Source: Eukaryota sp. TZLM1-RC
Lineage: Eukaryota; Protista; Metamonada: BaSk clade
Assembly: GCA_040285825.1 (NCBI GenBank)
Contig: JAUPSS010000004.1
Location: 2,212,550 to 2,276,549 of the forward strand
Reading direction: 5' to 3'
Length of the DNA stretch: 64,000 nt
In this document: piece by piece, positions 23,955-36,706 of the stretch
Layout of the letters: each line of letters starts with the position of its first letter
Numbering within the stretch: the stretch's first letter is position 1
Made by a program: the position numbers and the translations under genes
The notes under the pieces: generated by a model
The model's database searches: none
What the model saw: the letters and a program-made list of their open reading frames with translations, nothing else
Told to the model about the DNA's origin: nothing

Positions 23955-25400
23955 AAGATGTTTTAACATTGAAAAATGTATCTCCGAAACAATGAAGTGC
24001 ATCCCGCTTAGTGCCTCTAACTATACCTAATGGAAAAGTTCGCCCAATTGCTAGTAGTGAAGCAATTGATCGACTGATGTCATCTGTAGCTTTTAACAGA
24101 ATTTCATCAAAAGCAAAGTAATTTTTTTCTCCTTTACAACTCGGAATCAAAACCATAGATGGAGTATTAGTTGCTGCTTTAACGCTCCAACAATTTTGAA
24201 AAATCATATTTTTCTAATGTTCCACTTGGTGGTCTTGGATTCAATTCATCCAAGTATTTGACCAAAGCTACATTCATTGGTGGTGGAAAAAATTTTGTTT
24301 TTGAATCTTCTAGAAGATATCCTTTTGCTGAAAGTCTTCTTGAAACAACAAATAGTCTATTTCTGGATTACTTAAGGGACGAAGTATCAAGTTTATCTCC
24401 TGAGTTATGGCAGACATGTTTCCCTATAGCTTTTCAAGGCATTCCAGAAAGAAGTTTTTTTTCATTGAAATTTGCACTGAAAATACTCCAAAAACAAAAT
24501 TTTTTTGAAACAATTTGAAAGTAAAGATTTTATTGTTCGACTTAGCACGGCTAAGCAAGAAAATTCTGCTTTTGCTAATTTTTTGATTGATTTAAAGGAG
24601 AGTTCATCTGCAGTTTTGGTGAACCCAATTCCCCAGATTTATGGTTTGTTTTTAAATGACGACCAATGGACAACTGCTATGCGGATGCGTTGTTATTTGT
24701 GGCCCTGCAATTAACCCAATGATCTGTTTTGAAAATGTGAATCTGGTTTGACATTATCACATTTATTCAATTGCAACAGATTTATTTCTTATCGTTCTAC
24801 TTTGCATGATGCAGTCAGAAATCAAATCCATGCAATGTGTCTATCAAACGTGAATCATTTGTAGAACCGTTGTTGAGGTCTCTTGAAATTAATGAAAAAG
24901 TAAGAAATTCAAAATACGGAAAACGACCTGCTGATGTTGTTGTGCCCACATTTGATGATGTCTTGAATGTTGTTGATGTTGTAATAGTGGATTTAAGCAA
25001 GAGAAATGCCCCATTCAGGATTCAGAATTGTACAAACGGAAGAAATGTGCAAATCCTTTGAAAGAGTAGAAACATGTTCGCCATGTGGATCACCAAAATT
25101 GCCCATTTGCTATATCTTTGTTTGGACGTCTTGTTAATACTACCATAAATTTTATTGATGATTTTGAAAATCTGGTAGTAAGAAGAATGAATAAGCGTTT
25201 TGTTCAAGGTTTGATGTTAAATCGTATTGTTTTTATTATTTTCAACACAATTCCTAGAATTGTTTCTAAAGCTTTGATGTTTGTCAGTGCACATTACGAA
25301 GACATTGCTGTTGTATGGTTTGATGGTGTGGAAGCTTGTTTTGAAGATATTGATTTCTAGATTGTGTTTTTGAAAATAAATTAAATTTAAATAATAAAAA
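23955..25400 (+). mobile_element. CRE-like retrotransposon family 2, RT core deleted
   Basis: SRLVPL..PNGKVRPIA, PLQLGI, LGGLG, EPLL..KRPADVVVP..VVDV and CPFAISLFG; A-rich tail. Confidence 0.85.
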
Positions 25401-25755
25401 GACTGAGGAAATTATTTCGGTTTATCTGAATTGTTGCTGGGCTTGAAACCAAGATCTGAATATTCAGTTCCAATGAAGCCTGCTGCTATGACTTTAGCCT
25501 ATTGACTTTGTAAGGTGATAATTATAATTGGTGTTGTGAAGGAGTAAATCAAAAGACCTAAGAGTTGTTTTAAGTTTGAAGTTTTTTTCTTAAAATTTTT
25601 AGACCCTTTTCTTCATTCACTGCTGTACAGTCATAATTTACAGAGAATTGATAATTTACTATACAAAATTAAATAAAATCATAAGAAAAAATAACAATGA
25701 TACAATTACATTTTAAAAATGTTTAGCCAGACTGTCAAAAACCAAAAAATATATA

Positions 25756-28700
25756 TCAAAGCGCTTGAACCTTTTTTAGTCTCTTAAGCAATTTATTCAC
25801 AACTTTCTTTAATTCATTCAATTCACCTTCTTTTTCACTTAATTTCTCTCTTAATTGTGTATTTAACCTCTCCATTGAAGGGTACGGACCATGTGACTCT
25901 AGCTTATACAAATCTTGTTTTAATTCCGCAAGCTCGTTACCTTGTGATGTGACAAGCCTTCTCAATTTGGAATTTTCAGTAGTGACATTTTTGAATTCAT
26001 TCCTTAACGATGTAAGTTCGTTGGTTCTTTCAATTAAAAGTGATTCAGAAAGTTCGTTAGACTTGACGGTTTTCATGGTGCTTTTTACTTGTGTACTGAC
26101 GGAATCCATAGGAGAAATGTCTTGACTTTCAGAAAGAATCATGGAGACTCGAAGTTTTTCAGAAGAACGTAATTGGTTCAAAATTTCAGTTAATCTCTCA
26201 ATTGATTTGTTCTTGACCTCCACTAGTCGTTTAAGTGACTGGCAACTTTGACAAGATTCCGGCAAAGTCATGGAGGAAAATGATTTACTCAATGTTGTCC
26301 CGTGTGATGTTTTTGAGCTAACTTTTTGGTCCTCTTCTATTTTTTGATCTTCTTCTGTTTGATCTCCTTTAGTTTGACCTTGCAAGACCTGCAAAAATTC
26401 CGTGAAAACGTCTACACCGGCTAAATTTTTCAAACACTCAGAAAGTGCATTTTCTTGAAGGGAAACAACTTCAAACAAGCTGCTGATTTGAGTCTTTAAA
26501 AGAGAAATTTCTTGATTTAAAGATAAGATTTCCAATTGATGTCTTTTGGAAGGTTCTTCATCTGATTCGTCATCACTATCAGAATTTTGAGCTGAAGACG
26601 TGATGTTCTGTAAAGATGACGTCATTGTTTCAAAAGCAACTGATGAACAATTAATTGTTAATGAGACAAAATACAGCAAATCAAACAACAAAGGTAAAAT
26701 ATTGAAAAATTCTACATTTTGAGAGGAAAATTTCAACTTTGGATCACTTGACAACTCGGAAGAGAACACTTCAAGCTCGTGGATTCGTTTCTTCAAATAT
26801 TCATTTTCTGTGACAACTTGATTGATCTCTTCTAGATATTTTTCCTTATTTTGGAAATCAACTAAATGAGAGGCTAGAATTAATTGACTAGAAATGATGG
26901 AAAATTCTTCCTTCAATTTTGAATAATTTGTTTCCAACTCGTTGATCCTTTGTTGAGCTTCATTAAGCAAAGTATCATCATCAGAACTTCTTGATTGGAG
27001 ATTTTGATTGGACAAATGACTGATTAGATTTATCACTTGGTCAAATTCTTTTCTTGTTAGTTTAGTTTTAGATTTAGATTGTAATTTCAAACCATATTGG
27101 CTAAACGTTATAAACAGCTTGTCAATTGTTGAAAAGAGCTCAGAGAAAGATCGATCTGGGCAATCGAAAATTTCAATTTTAGCATCATATTCCATTTGCA
27201 GTAGGTGAATTTTTCCCTCATAATATTGTTTTAAAAATGTAATTAATTTTGAATTGATGGCCAATCTATCAATCAAAAGCTGATCACAACGAGTGACATC
27301 TAAATTTTCAAATTTCAATAATAACAAGTCAATTGAAGTCAACAAACTCTCGACATTTTCATCAAGACTGTCTACACCACAATCCATGTAATCAATTTTG
27401 ATAGTTTCCACAGAAGCATCAATTCCTAAAAAGGAGAGTGAGCAATCAGTGACTTGATCACATTTTTCAACGATATCTCTAGGACTTTTATTGACCAATG
27501 GCTCAAAATCAGTTTGAATTTGACCGTCTAACAACAATCTTTTCTCTGTATTGATCCCAATCTGTTTTGTTCTATTTTTAGTAACAGATGACGTCATGTC
27601 CAACGTATTCATTGATGAATCAATTTTGATATATTTGGATGAGGACCCAGAGTATTTCAGACCATTTAACCTAATAAAATATTCTAGGTCATTAATCACT
27701 TGTCGAAGCTCAATAATGTCTTCTTCTCGTTGACTAATCGTGACTCTGAGCTCTTCTAAATTACTAAGCATTATCTCAAACCCATTTTGACTGGCTATTT
27801 CCTGAGCTTCATTTTTATAAAGCAAAACTAATTCATCTTTGTAATGAATTTGTTTTTCTAATTCGGTAATTAAATGATAAAGTTCAGCATTATCTAATTC
27901 ATCAGATTTAGTATCCTTACTTTTCAGTTGATCAAGGGAAGTCTGGAGATCATCAATTATTTTTGATTGATCATCGACTGTAGACGCAAACTGTTCATTT
28001 TCCTCTTGTAATCTGTCAACTTCGGCTCTCAAATGATTAACTTCACGTTCAAAAGTAGCTTGACTTTCCGTCACTTTGTAATCATCAATCACTGATTTTT
28101 GAGCTGCTATAAGGTGATCATTGTCCTTGATAGTCTTCTCCAGTGCAGAAATCTTAGTTTCATATTCCAAAATTAAACTTTGGTGACGTGATTCCGCATC
28201 ATCAATTTGATCTACTAGCTCATTATTCATCTCAATCAACTTTGAATTTTGTTCACTAACATCGAAACATTGATCTTGTTGATTTTTAATTTCTTTTTCT
28301 AATTTATTTATTTCCCGAATTAAACCTTGATTTCCACTTTTTTCCTTCTCAAGCTCATCGGTTAAAAAAGCATTTTGGTTTTGAACAGACTCAAGCTCAG
28401 AAGTTAGCTCATTAAATTTGACTTTTGTTGACTTTTCAGTTTTGATGATATCATCTCTCTCCTGAGTAACCTCATTTAGATTTTCAAGTGCTTCAGACAG
28501 TTCCTTATTAACTTGGGAGAGTCTGGAACGGAGTATTTGATCAGAGGCTGTAACGTCCTGTACTGCCAGAGCTGCTGCATCTTTTGCACCACGCAGAGAT
28601 GTCACTTCTTCTTGGAGTGCATTGATACGTTCTTGAAGAGAGAATCGCTCCTCAGAAAAGTTATTTTGTAGGGTTTGATTGTGGGCTTCAAGTTGCTTGT

Positions 28701-28806
28701 TTTTAGAGCTACTGCTACGTAACTGTTCTTCTACTGACTCTAGATTGGAATAGAGGTCCTCTACCTCTTTTAAAAGTTCGGCACAAGCAGGACAATCAGT
28801 GTCCAT
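25756..28806 (-). CDS. Large coiled-coil protein (possibly cytoskeletal or basal body)
   Basis: Uninterrupted 1016-aa ORF, heptad-rich, CxxC motifs near the N-terminus and in the C-terminal region. Confidence 0.8.
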   Translation of the reverse strand: MDTDCPACAELLKEVEDLYSNLESVEEQLRSSSSKNKQLEAHNQTLQNNFSEERFSLQERINALQEEVTSLRGAKDAAALAVQDVTASDQILRSRLSQVNKELSEALENLNEVTQERDDIIKTEKSTKVKFNELTSELESVQNQNAFLTDELEKEKSGNQGLIREINKLEKEIKNQQDQCFDVSEQNSKLIEMNNELVDQIDDAESRHQSLILEYETKISALEKTIKDNDHLIAAQKSVIDDYKVTESQATFEREVNHLRAEVDRLQEENEQFASTVDDQSKIIDDLQTSLDQLKSKDTKSDELDNAELYHLITELEKQIHYKDELVLLYKNEAQEIASQNGFEIMLSNLEELRVTISQREEDIIELRQVINDLEYFIRLNGLKYSGSSSKYIKIDSSMNTLDMTSSVTKNRTKQIGINTEKRLLLDGQIQTDFEPLVNKSPRDIVEKCDQVTDCSLSFLGIDASVETIKIDYMDCGVDSLDENVESLLTSIDLLLLKFENLDVTRCDQLLIDRLAINSKLITFLKQYYEGKIHLLQMEYDAKIEIFDCPDRSFSELFSTIDKLFITFSQYGLKLQSKSKTKLTRKEFDQVINLISHLSNQNLQSRSSDDDTLLNEAQQRINELETNYSKLKEEFSIISSQLILASHLVDFQNKEKYLEEINQVVTENEYLKKRIHELEVFSSELSSDPKLKFSSQNVEFFNILPLLFDLLYFVSLTINCSSVAFETMTSSLQNITSSAQNSDSDDESDEEPSKRHQLEILSLNQEISLLKTQISSLFEVVSLQENALSECLKNLAGVDVFTEFLQVLQGQTKGDQTEEDQKIEEDQKVSSKTSHGTTLSKSFSSMTLPESCQSCQSLKRLVEVKNKSIERLTEILNQLRSSEKLRVSMILSESQDISPMDSVSTQVKSTMKTVKSNELSESLLIERTNELTSLRNEFKNVTTENSKLRRLVTSQGNELAELKQDLYKLESHGPYPSMERLNTQLREKLSEKEGELNELKKVVNKLLKRLKKVQAL

Positions 28807-28900
28807 TATATAGGAGAGTTAAGGGTAAATGGCACCAGTTGGAGCTGAGAATTTCACACAGAGTGAATATTGAATAAATATCCCTAATAATTGAATAAAC

Positions 28901-28980
28901 TTCTCAGCACCAAGGGTTAGTATACACTAAACACCTTGGAAATACGTTGATTAAAAAGCTACTGCTGTCTCCTTAGACGT
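28901..28980 (-). ncRNA. Candidate Fanzor family A omegaRNA scaffold
   Basis: Mirror copy of 48870-48949. Confidence 0.5.
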
Positions 28981-30811
28981 CTCACACGCCTTGGCCTTCT
29001 GAATGGTTCTGGACTAGTACCAGTGAAATACTCACTAATTACAATCTCCAGCTGGTTTCTGGAGGCTGAGATGTCCCTAGACCAGTTGATCTGACATCGA
29101 GGGCAATTGAACTTAGCGTTATTTACCCTTCCGTCATCAGGATAGATCTTTCTATGAAAGACCTTACAGCAATTCACTTTTGCTGAGGTCATCAACTCGT
29201 CCCCGACTTTGAGGCTTTCAAAGTGTTTTTTGATTTGTTTGAGAAATCTCTTTTGGGGGATTTCACAGATTGACGAGATGGACCACCACCGCCATTGCCG
29301 AAACAAACTATAGTGTTTCTTACTTCAGACAAGCGTTAAATTTTGTTAATAAAACTAGTTATTCTCTTTTGCCTTATTATGAAAAAATCAAACTTATTTC
29401 TTCTAAGTTTTTTTCTTGCACCACGCTGCATATTTCCAGACATAATTGAGGAATATTCAGGCTCTTCTTCAGATTCAAGAACATAAGGTAAACTTATTTC
29501 AATCAGATACTCTTGAAAGCTCTGAGCGGAATAAGTATCAGGAGTTGCTTGAGTGAGAGGAGGAGGGTGATTTAGTCTTCGTTCTTTTGGATTCAGTAGC
29601 AGTCCAGAACGTTCAAAAACAGGTGCAGAATTTCGGAAAGAACCAGCAGTCCAACCACAAAGATTGCTGTAGTTGGGATCAATGGCTACAAAAAACAAAT
29701 TTTCATCAGGATCTCTGTAATTGGGCTGTTGTTCCACTGGTAACCGCGGTCTTCTCTGTGGATTTGCTGTTCTATGGACAATGGATTTTCGTTTCCTTTC
29801 AGAGTTATGAAAAACATAATTTCCAGAGGCTCGCCTGGGCTCCAATTCCGCTTTACTTGGCCTATTATAAGTTTTTCTTTCCTTCTGGGTAAACGTAAAC
29901 CGCAAAGAATCACCATTTGAAAAAATGGTATAGTTAATAAATTTGGATTTATCAAAAAACAGATAAGGGTTGTTCAGAAGCTCTTTGTTTGCATTTAGTT
30001 TTTGTTAAATAAGCTTCTGCTGCAAAAGCATAAAGACCAACTGGACAGTGGTGAGAGAGTGCCTTTTCATCACATCAGGGCAGTTATCTTCTAAAAAAGT
30101 CAAAATGTTCAAGCTAGATTGAACGATTGTTGCCGCAGATTCCATATTGATGGAAAATCATTCGTTTCCTATTGAATTTTCGAACAAATTTTCACCACCA
30201 CCAATATAGGCGTTGGCTGTCAAATTGAGCCAATGGACCGAGATATGCTGGTGTATTTCTTGATACCATTGTAAAATTGACTCATCTGGCTGAATTCCTT
30301 GAAGTACACAGTCGGCGTACTTCTTGGGCCAGGGGCAATTGAGAAACTGAACACAGCTCTTGAAAAAATTGCGTTTCCAGACAACAGGGCCGTCAGCAAG
30401 CAACTGACAAAAGGCTTCTCGCAGTTGGATGGCTCGACTGCCAAGAAGAGTGGAAAGACACCAAAATCTACCACCGTCGGCTAAGGTGGTTTCATTCAGC
30501 GGTCGCCAAGCCCAAAAGTGCTGAACAAGGTGTTGCAGCGCTTGGTAAACCAAAGGATGGTTCTCAAATGGCCTCCTTTGTTTAGGCTCACTTTGGCAAA
30601 CAAAGTCGAAACAGAGGCTCCAGAACTGGCTTTGAGTAAGCCACATAGAGTGTTCTGGGTATTGGAGCACAAAAAGTCGTGCTAGGTGAGTAGCATGAGC
30701 TCCAATATTAGCAAGAACTTGGAACTAGCGTTCCATAGCTTCTTGTGCCTCTGAGTCGAAGAACTGGTTGACAGACGCTCCCACAGTTGTAGTTTGTAGA
30801 ACGTTATCCAT
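28959..30811 (-). pseudogene. Fanzor1 family A, full-length pseudogene (~615 codons)
   Basis: SNGDS, VAIDPN (RuvC-I), IVCFGNG, GDELMTS (RuvC-II), CC...CPRC zinc finger, WSRDISASRN (RuvC-III); three premature stops plus frameshifts. Confidence 0.88.
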
Positions 30812-31171
30812 GGCAGTCAACACAGAACGGAAACAGTCAGAAATGATTGAAAATTTATTTTCTAAAATTGAAAATTTGTTGAAGTCAATCAATCTTATAG
30901 TTGTCAATTCAAAGTAAAGTTAGTTACAAGTGTTTATTAACGATAGATATCGTGCAAGATTGCTTTCTGTATATTTTCCTTTCTTCAGACAAGAACTACA
31001 TGTTACAAAAGTTGGTGAGTGGAGTTTGGTTGGGTTGTTTGTCATCATTCCCCAGATTCATAATTGAATTTCATTTCATCACTTACAACATTTCATCACT
31101 TACTCTACTAAGAACCTTCTCCCTACAAATAACACTATGCTCACGCCTTCTAACACCACAAATCTCAACTT

Positions 31172-31550
31172 ATGTCGGCCGTTGGGTCGGAGATTTTCAA
31201 ACACAAGTACTACTATAGATTACGTCAGACTGGTAAAACCAAGGAAGAGATAGACTCCTTGCTTGCAGCTACTATTACTCTTTATGTCGGAATTCTTTCT
31301 TTTTACACATCAGAGGAGCAGATTCATGCTCTTTTTCTCTCGTGCTGTTTGTATCAAACGTATCATTATGGGACTCAACAAGAAATCACTCAAACCATGC
31401 GGTTTTTGCTTCGTTGAATACTATACCCGTGCATCGACAGAAATTGCCATGAGGTATATCAACAGAACAATACTAGATAAAAAAAATCCTGATTGTTTGA
31501 TTGAAAATCATCAAATCATGTTTGATGATTCTGACACAATGCAGCTTTAA
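31172..31550 (+). pseudogene. NCBP2: Truncated nuclear cap-binding protein subunit 2 (CBP20)
   Basis: [26 protein letters not shown]....[10 protein letters not shown]; C-terminal DWD.GF..GRQ.GRG region missing; 1-nt frameshift in this copy. Confidence 0.8.
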
Positions 31551-32304
31551 GACTTTCACCTGTGTGGTAACCAGTCAAAATAATGAACAAATTTCAATTT
31601 TCTCACTTCTACTTCAATCAGACACAATGATGTCTTAACATTATCTCCATTCATACTGTAATATGTCACAGACCACATGTTTAAGGTGTGTATATTTTTT
31701 TCAATTTTGTTATTAAAAACCTATAAATCAACATCTAAAAAATCCATCTCTTCCAAAACAAAAACACTAGCTCCAACTTTCTCATAGTCAGATCCAAAAG
31801 AAAGCAAAGCATCGGAATTGATGCGGTGAGCAGAAAGAGACATAACAAAAGATTGGGCAATGGGATTATATCCACAATAGTATATTGTTTGGGGGAGTTT
31901 TGGGGGAAAACTGAAATTGGGAATGTTTGGGGGAATTGTATTCAACATAGAAATCAACCACAGAGCAAGAATTCTTTAATGTTTTCACTTTTTGACATTA
32001 AAAACCTTTGGTGTCTATTGGGTTTCAACAATAATCCCCTTCAGAATCACCGTGGCCTAATTCTTTCAATCTATGTCGCTCCATTCGTGAATCTTTCTGT
32101 CAACTCCCTTTCCTCATAAACCTGCACCGCCTCCCTTATGAGATTTAGCAGAATTCAACTATGTAATGTACAAAATCATAGTGATTAAGCTTATCCATTT
32201 ACTCAAGCTAAATCAATTAAATCACAGGTCTATTTGACGGAAAGCATTCTGAACTTACAAACGTCAACTACAGTACAAAACTAGTTTGTTTTGTGGAAAA
32301 TACT

Positions 32305-32860
32305 ACTTTTTTTGATATATATGATTTATTTCAATAAAAAGCTATATGACAAAGTTAAAATTCTAAATCTTCATAACCCAAATCAGCCGAGAAGAATTGG
32401 CTGAAAGTTTTCTTTTCATAAAAGCTTCCAAGAGATAACAAAGCAGAAGATAATAAGGGAACAACACCTTTGAAAATTGAAAATACAATTCTGTTTTGCC
32501 AAAAACTCTTGTCAAAAACTCTTCCAGTACGTTGTTTCACAATTTCAACAAAATGCTCCAAGAAAGATACAGCAAGAGGTCCAATCGAGCCATGAAGGGA
32601 AACTGCAAATGGACAGAGGACATAATGAATATGCGAATCTGCATCCAAGCATAGCAATTTTGCTTTATGATTCTCAATTTTGGCTATTTAGGAAAACAGA
32701 TAAGAGGTCCTTATATTTTGATTGAGCCATTGGTATAAATGAATCATTACACACATCAGTGGATCTCACATCCGTAATAATGGTAGTACTTTCAAGACCT
32801 TCAAGCATTAAATCACCCCTATTTCGACCAAAAGAAATCACAGTATCTTCATCAACCTAA
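32305..32860 (-). mobile_element. CRE-like 3' fragment (mirror at 44990-45545); a further short tail at ~31705-31830
   Basis: GRNRGDLML, CPFAVSLHGS and FWQNRIVFSIFKG; poly(A). Confidence 0.8.
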
Positions 32861-33431
32861 ATACTAAAAAATGGGAATATTTTCAAAGTAACAGTACTTG
32901 TTAAAATTAATAAACATCTCTGTCCTACATTACACAATCACCTTCATATTTATCATTCAAATAGTTATGATGATGGAGGACAACATCACTTATCATGATG
33001 AGAGGGTTTAAGGGCGAGTCTAACAAATGTTTTCAGAAGGGAATCAACTGCAAGTATAAGGTAAACACAAGTCACAAATGAGTAGAAAAACACCTAAAAA
33101 GAGTACAGGGGAAGTCCTAAGGCTCGGAAAAGAAGGTAAGTAAGGGAAATAAGAATGAATCAGGAAACAACTATCCATAAAAACCACACAAGAGACCAAA
33201 ATAGGACAGGGTATTGAAAGAAGAACACTTGTTGCGCAAGGAGGTATATTCATGGTTTCGTTGCGGATATAACCAGAATCTAGTTTCGGAAGTGATGGGA
33301 AATGAGTGAACAGTGAAAACCTCTAAAAAGCAAAGTTGTGGGTTAAAAAAACCTCCCAGAACAGGCAGCGATAAGTCGAAAATGGGGTGACAAGTGTAAA
33401 ATTTGATAGATGAGATGTTTATTCTCACTAC

Positions 33432-35416
33432 ATGTCAGAGACCCCTCCTGCGTCACGTGTATTCACTCGGTCATGTGCACTTAACTTGCTGCTGACCCCT
33501 ACTGCATTTAATCAAATTCGGACTGACCTTCCTTTGGTCCCTGAGATTTGTCATGAAGCTTTTTTATTGCTTCAATCTTTTCTTTTGAATTTCTCGTTGG
33601 GATCTAGAGCTTTAGTGGAACAGAATGTATGGTATCTATTTATGACCGTCATCACCACTGGTTCTTTTCCAAAGCCATCCACCGCCAAAGAACAACGCCA
33701 ATTTCTACTTATGTTTTACAGTGGATTTCTTCCTGAATGTCCACAAGACATGTCTCTTGTTGCAACATGGGAAAATTTTCTAGTTTTTATATAGAAATTC
33801 ACTCAATATTTTCCTCAATGATTGGCGCCAGACACAGAGATGCAATTTTATTAATAGAAAAGGATTTTTTCCTTACCTTGCTTGTCGGGCTCGGCGATTT
33901 GCATCTAATGTTAAGACAAGTTTACCTAAAATTTGTCAATACTGGACACAAAACTTCATTCGTGCTCATTGTAGAACTCTTGATAAGACGAATGTCTTTG
34001 CCAATTATTTGTTCTCTCTTACACCAGATGAACCCTTAGCACCTCTGGAAGCTAGTGCAATAACAGAAAATGAGCAACACAAAGAAGTAGTTATTCATTC
34101 TATTCTCAAACGCTACATCAATTTTCATCTTAATAATTCAAGAGAAAGATTCTTCTTATTAAATGCAGGTAATCTTATTTTAAATTTCTTTCAAATATTT
34201 CCTGCCACTGCTTCTTCACTATCTTCAAGTGATACAACCGTCTTTTCTTCAAAGGAAATTGGTGAGCTTTTTCTCTTAAATCTTCAAATTTCACAATATT
34301 TACTCACATTCCCTTCTCATAAGCAATTGCTGGAAAAAATTTAGAATAATATTTAGCTTCTCATAAAGGTTCTAAATTTCTTGAGGTACCTTCACATGTT
34401 TTGCATTCTGTGAAAAAATTTCCAATTATTGAAGGATCATCTTCCAAAACAAAGTTTATCCAAAATAGATGTCTGAAACGATTATTCAAACAATATCCTT
34501 ACCAAAAATTCAATATCAACAGAAAAAGTTTGAAAATAGATTTAAAAAATTTTTATTGAAAACTAATGGTAATGAACTGCTTTTGACTTTTGAAGATAAA
34601 AATAATGACTCAAAAAACACAGTTGAGCTGGATGAACCACCAAAAAGAAAAGAAGATCAAAAAATGAAATGAAAAGTGACCCTGATGCCAACAAAACCAG
34701 AGAAGTACAGTTGCAGGGTACTAAAAAATTCCTTGTCAAAGACGCAGATATCTAGTCGAAATTTTAGCTGAAAGGTCCCTTATTGGCGTTGATCTGGGAC
34801 AATCTAGATTATGTGGTTAATTCTTAAATGATAATCAATGTTGAGTCATCCCTTGTCCAACTATCAGAAGATACATGACAAAGCCTTCAAACAGTAAACA
34901 CTCCTCCAACCATAACTCCGTTCAAAATTTCAACCATTATTTGAACCATTGGAATTGGGTCAGGAGGAAAGTGTACTTGGAAAGTAATCGCCAGAAATGG
35001 ACAATTTTTAAATTTGATAACCGCAGACGAAAAGAGAGACAGTTCCGAAAGAGCGTTGACAAATTTCAAAGGCTGGCTGAACATCCTGAAAACTCTACCT
35101 TGCTGTGGGCTCTCCTAATTCCCCTTCTCATTGCCGAAAAGTCAATCGATATGGATCAGCAAGGGATTTCAAAAAATGGTTGTGTTATCAAAAGGACATG
35201 AAGCACTTGTCAACCAGTGAATTTAATAAAAGCAAACTGTCATGTTGTTGCATGGTCGAAAGTATTTAAGCAGGCTCATGGCAGATGCGTATTTGTACTG
35301 AGTGTCAAGTAGTATATCACAGAGATATTTCCGCTACAAAAGATATTCAAATTAAGAAGAAAGGGGAATTGTGGCCGGAAAGATACATTTGCCCAGAAGC
35401 TCTGTTGAGGAAATGA
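33432..35416 (+). pseudogene. Fanzor family B, full-length decayed copy
   Basis: KTNGNELLLTF, IGVDLG (RuvC-I), SEFN.SK (RuvC-II), CC..CTEC and RDIS..K.I (RuvC-III); many frameshifts. Confidence 0.85.
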
Positions 35417-35499
35417 AAAGGGAACCTGGGCATGCAGAAAATAAAACTTTGGAAAAACGATTATTTTATTTTGATTTTTTGTTTATTATTTCTTTTTAA

Positions 35500-35622
35500 A
35501 AACTTTTGAGAGCGATCTATAAAAGCCTTAGTAGGATTTGGTAGATCCACTTAGATAGATGAAGTTGCGAGGTTTTGTTCTGTGAAAGCAGTAGGTGTAT
35601 TTGAGTGAGGTGGCTGATTGAT
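35500..35622 (+). ncRNA. Candidate Fanzor family B omegaRNA scaffold
   Basis: Non-coding tail conserved with 42277-42400; two long hairpins; homology stops at ATTGAT. Confidence 0.55.
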
Positions 35623-35938
35623 CAATAGGTCCGATCATCTCCGGATGGTTAAGTTTAGACACGTGAATGTGGTTGAAGTACTGGAAATTGACATTTCAGA
35701 TAAAGAATACATTTCAAGTGAAAACCACATACACTACATTGGAATCTCAAACAAGTTCATACATAGCGGTGCGATTGATGAAAAAATCGCACCACTCTGA
35801 ATACTGATAAATTGTGTTATTCTCCTAAGCTGTTGCCAACTTAAAAGATGTAGTGGTTTTTGAAAAACAAACAATGATGGAATCATATAGAATTTGAGAA
35901 AGAAAAACAAAACCAAATTTTATAAAATATACAAACAA

Positions 35939-36706
35939 CTAGTGAGTAGAAGCTACAAGTCTAATAAGAGCATCAAGATTGAATTGGGCAGTAGGAGTTC
36001 CCTGGCTGGTCTTGAGGAACATTTGTCTGGTGATGGCAATGAGGATACAGAGCTAGGGTAAGTAGTGAAAAGCAAATCATACCTTGACAGCATCGTTATA
36101 GCCAATAGAACCGGATCTATTCTTGTCGAAACAAGCGAGGACAAAATTGAAAGTGGCTGGTTGTAATTGATTAGCAATGCCGTAGAGAGCTTGAGAGATG
36201 AAATTGGGGAATTGCATAGAAGACAACTGTCCATTGACGGAGTTTTGAGTCCAAGCAGCACGGATGCTTTCAATGAACGTGTCCATCATGGTGAATTCAT
36301 AAACATTGATCTCATAAGAACCACTGCTGTCAAACAGATTGATGAGCATTCTGATGGAAGCATGATCAATGGCACCTTGGAAAGCATTAACAAGCTCACT
36401 GAAACCTATCTCTCCAGAGCCATCAGTGTCAATGGCACGAAATTTCTGTTGTGTTTGCATCATTCTCTGTTGATTGGGACAAAAATTGTTTTGAAACATA
36501 GTTTGGGCAAAACCAGAGAGATGTTGAACAAACTGCTGGGGCATACCTTGACCCTGCATACCAGGCATACCCTGGTTTGGGAAACCTTGTCCTGGCATTC
36601 CTTGTCCTGGCATACCCTGATTGGGGTAACCCTGTCCTGGCATTCCTTGACCAGGATATCCTTGTCCTGGATATTGGTTTGTGTTGTATGCGGGAGGAGG
36701 CAACAT
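35939..36706 (-). CDS. Penta-EF-hand protein (peflin/ALG-2-like), 2 exons
   Basis: GYPGQ/GMPGQ N-terminal repeats; EF hands DTDGSGEIGFSE, DSSGSYEINVYE and DKNRSGSIGYND; 30-nt intron 36053-36082. Confidence 0.92.

Larger units (their letters stand above)
28836..34460. repeat. Left arm of a ~5.6-kb near-identical inverted duplication
   Basis: Reverse complement of 43392-49014; mirrored ORF sets; the differences I noticed are homopolymer-length indels. Confidence 0.97.

Noticed and set aside
33270-35622. Helitron-type or TIR termini for Fanzor family B
   Set aside because: TC and CTRR-like motifs appear in one copy but are not conserved in the other; no TIR or TSD found.
36540-36680. 15-bp tandem repeats
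   Set aside because: They encode the GxPGQ repeats typical of penta-EF-hand N-termini.
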